26,453 bases of DNA. It comes from Cyanobacteria bacterium auto_48_18. Its GTDB lineage: Bacteria; Cyanobacteriota; Vampirovibrionia; Obscuribacterales; Obscuribacteraceae. The stretch is from assembly GCA_036170915.1 (NCBI GenBank), contig JAVHQC010000015.1, forward strand, positions 179,898 to 206,350. The letters are read 5' to 3'. The translations under genes were made by a program, and so were the position numbers. This document shows, piece by piece, positions 25,639-26,453 of the stretch; the stretch's first letter is position 1, and each line of letters starts with the position of its first letter. The notes below the pieces were generated by a model. That model was not told the DNA's origin and made no database searches. It saw only the letters and a program-made list of their open reading frames with translations.

Positions 25639-26070
25639 TTATTCTTCAACTTTGGTGCCGACCACTGGCTCAACATCTTTTGCCGTAAATGTATAACCGG
25701 CGAAGCCCGGGAAGGGCACCGGCAATTTCACTTCCATAACTGTGGTGAGAGAGATTGAACCTTTGCCGCCAGCAGGATAATCAAAGTCGTTTATCTTCAA
25801 CGACTTGACTAGAGTTGAAGCTTGAAAAGTTTTGAGAGTAAGTTCTGCCGCGGCGTGTGCTGCTTCGCCGGTAGACTGATTAGCCGCAGCACGAGCGGCA
25901 TTTTTAGCGGCGGTATCATTCATCGAGTTGGCAATTACCATCACTGTCAAATCAAGTAAGGCCAGGGCAATTGGTACCAGAATGATGGCAGCCATAACAG
26001 ATTCCATTAAACCGCTGCCGCGATTGCCTCGTTTTTTAATGGTGCGAATTGGCTTTGTCATTTGTTTCAA
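25639..26070 (-). CDS. TadE-like pseudopilin
   Basis: Prepilin-like cleavage site RG|SGLME (Glu+5), hydrophobic helix, then AAKNAARAAA. Start is TTG 26070 or ATG 26061. Confidence 0.78.
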   Translation of the reverse strand: MKQMTKPIRTIKKRGNRGSGLMESVMAAIILVPIALALLDLTVMVIANSMNDTAAKNAARAAANQSTGEAAHAAAELTLKTFQASTLVKSLKINDFDYPAGGKGSISLTTVMEVKLPVPFPGFAGYTFTAKDVEPVVGTKVEE

Positions 26071-26137
26071 ACTGTCCTTTTCAAATACTCAAGTCAATTT
26101 TTACTCTGTGTCAGTACATACTGAGCCGGCTCAAAAA

Positions 26138-26453
26138 TTATGGGGCATTATCTGGATTTTCCATGGGGCGCTCGGATGTAATCTGGAAAAGCATGGGGCC
26201 GTTTAAGCCTGGAACGTTCACCACAGGCAGGGGAATGGTAAGGAATGGACTGCAGGTAACGCTAGTGCGCACCATCACGATACGATCTGTAACTTTGTCT
26301 GGACCGGTTTGCCCATCTCTATATGAGATATCGCATTGCGGATAACCCTGAGTTTTGACAAAGTGCCCCATACCAGCCAGCCACTGGTCGGTAATGCCTT
26401 TGCGCACCGCGCCGGTGGCGCTCACGGCGTCGGCCATGGGCAGCAGTGACGCC
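26138..26453 (-). CDS. TadE-like protein, 5' part outside the window
   Basis: The frame is open to the window edge upstream of ATG 26437. The C-terminal V.T.V...PFLTIPLP..VPGLNGP parallels the VKLPVPFPG end of the neighbouring TadE-like gene. Confidence 0.6.
   Translation of the reverse strand, partial: ASLLPMADAVSATGAVRKGITDQWLAGMGHFVKTQGYPQCDISYRDGQTGPDKVTDRIVMVRTSVTCSPFLTIPLPVVNVPGLNGPMLFQITSERPMENPDNAP

Noticed and set aside
1..26453. CRISPR arrays, tRNA/rRNA, IS elements, prophage genes
   Set aside because: By eye I saw no repeat-spacer periodicity, cloverleaf or rRNA-like segment, or transposase, integrase or phage motif.

Overview
This is a gene-dense bacterial chromosomal window with no rRNA, tRNA, CRISPR array or recognisable mobile element. 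The gene content (TadE/TadG-like pseudopilin cluster, stand-alone Hanks kinase, TPR proteins, atypical receiver) resembles Melainabacteria/Vampirovibrionia (Obscuribacterales-like); that placement is inference only. From left to right it holds: a minus-strand run of TPR protein, proS, a dynamin-like GTPase and a hemerythrin-domain protein (partial, missing from the ORF track); a cNMP-binding thioredoxin-reductase-like flavoprotein; a HAD hydrolase; and a secreted hypothetical protein. Next comes a plus-strand run of ABC ATPase, permease, membrane-anchored WCGPC thioredoxin, a small peptide ending in CPACGRG and a DUF692/MNIO enzyme. The rest is a histidine phosphatase and pgm, BON and general-stress genes, a receiver domain, two small genes, an S1/P1 nuclease, a membrane-anchored Mrr-like nuclease, a Ser/Thr kinase and Tad-like genes. 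The standout is a candidate chryseobasin-like (ChrA/ChrH-type) RiPP locus at 12786-14259. It has a variant core (CPACGRG), no adjacent ChrI-like partner gene, and an upstream ABC exporter plus thioredoxin.
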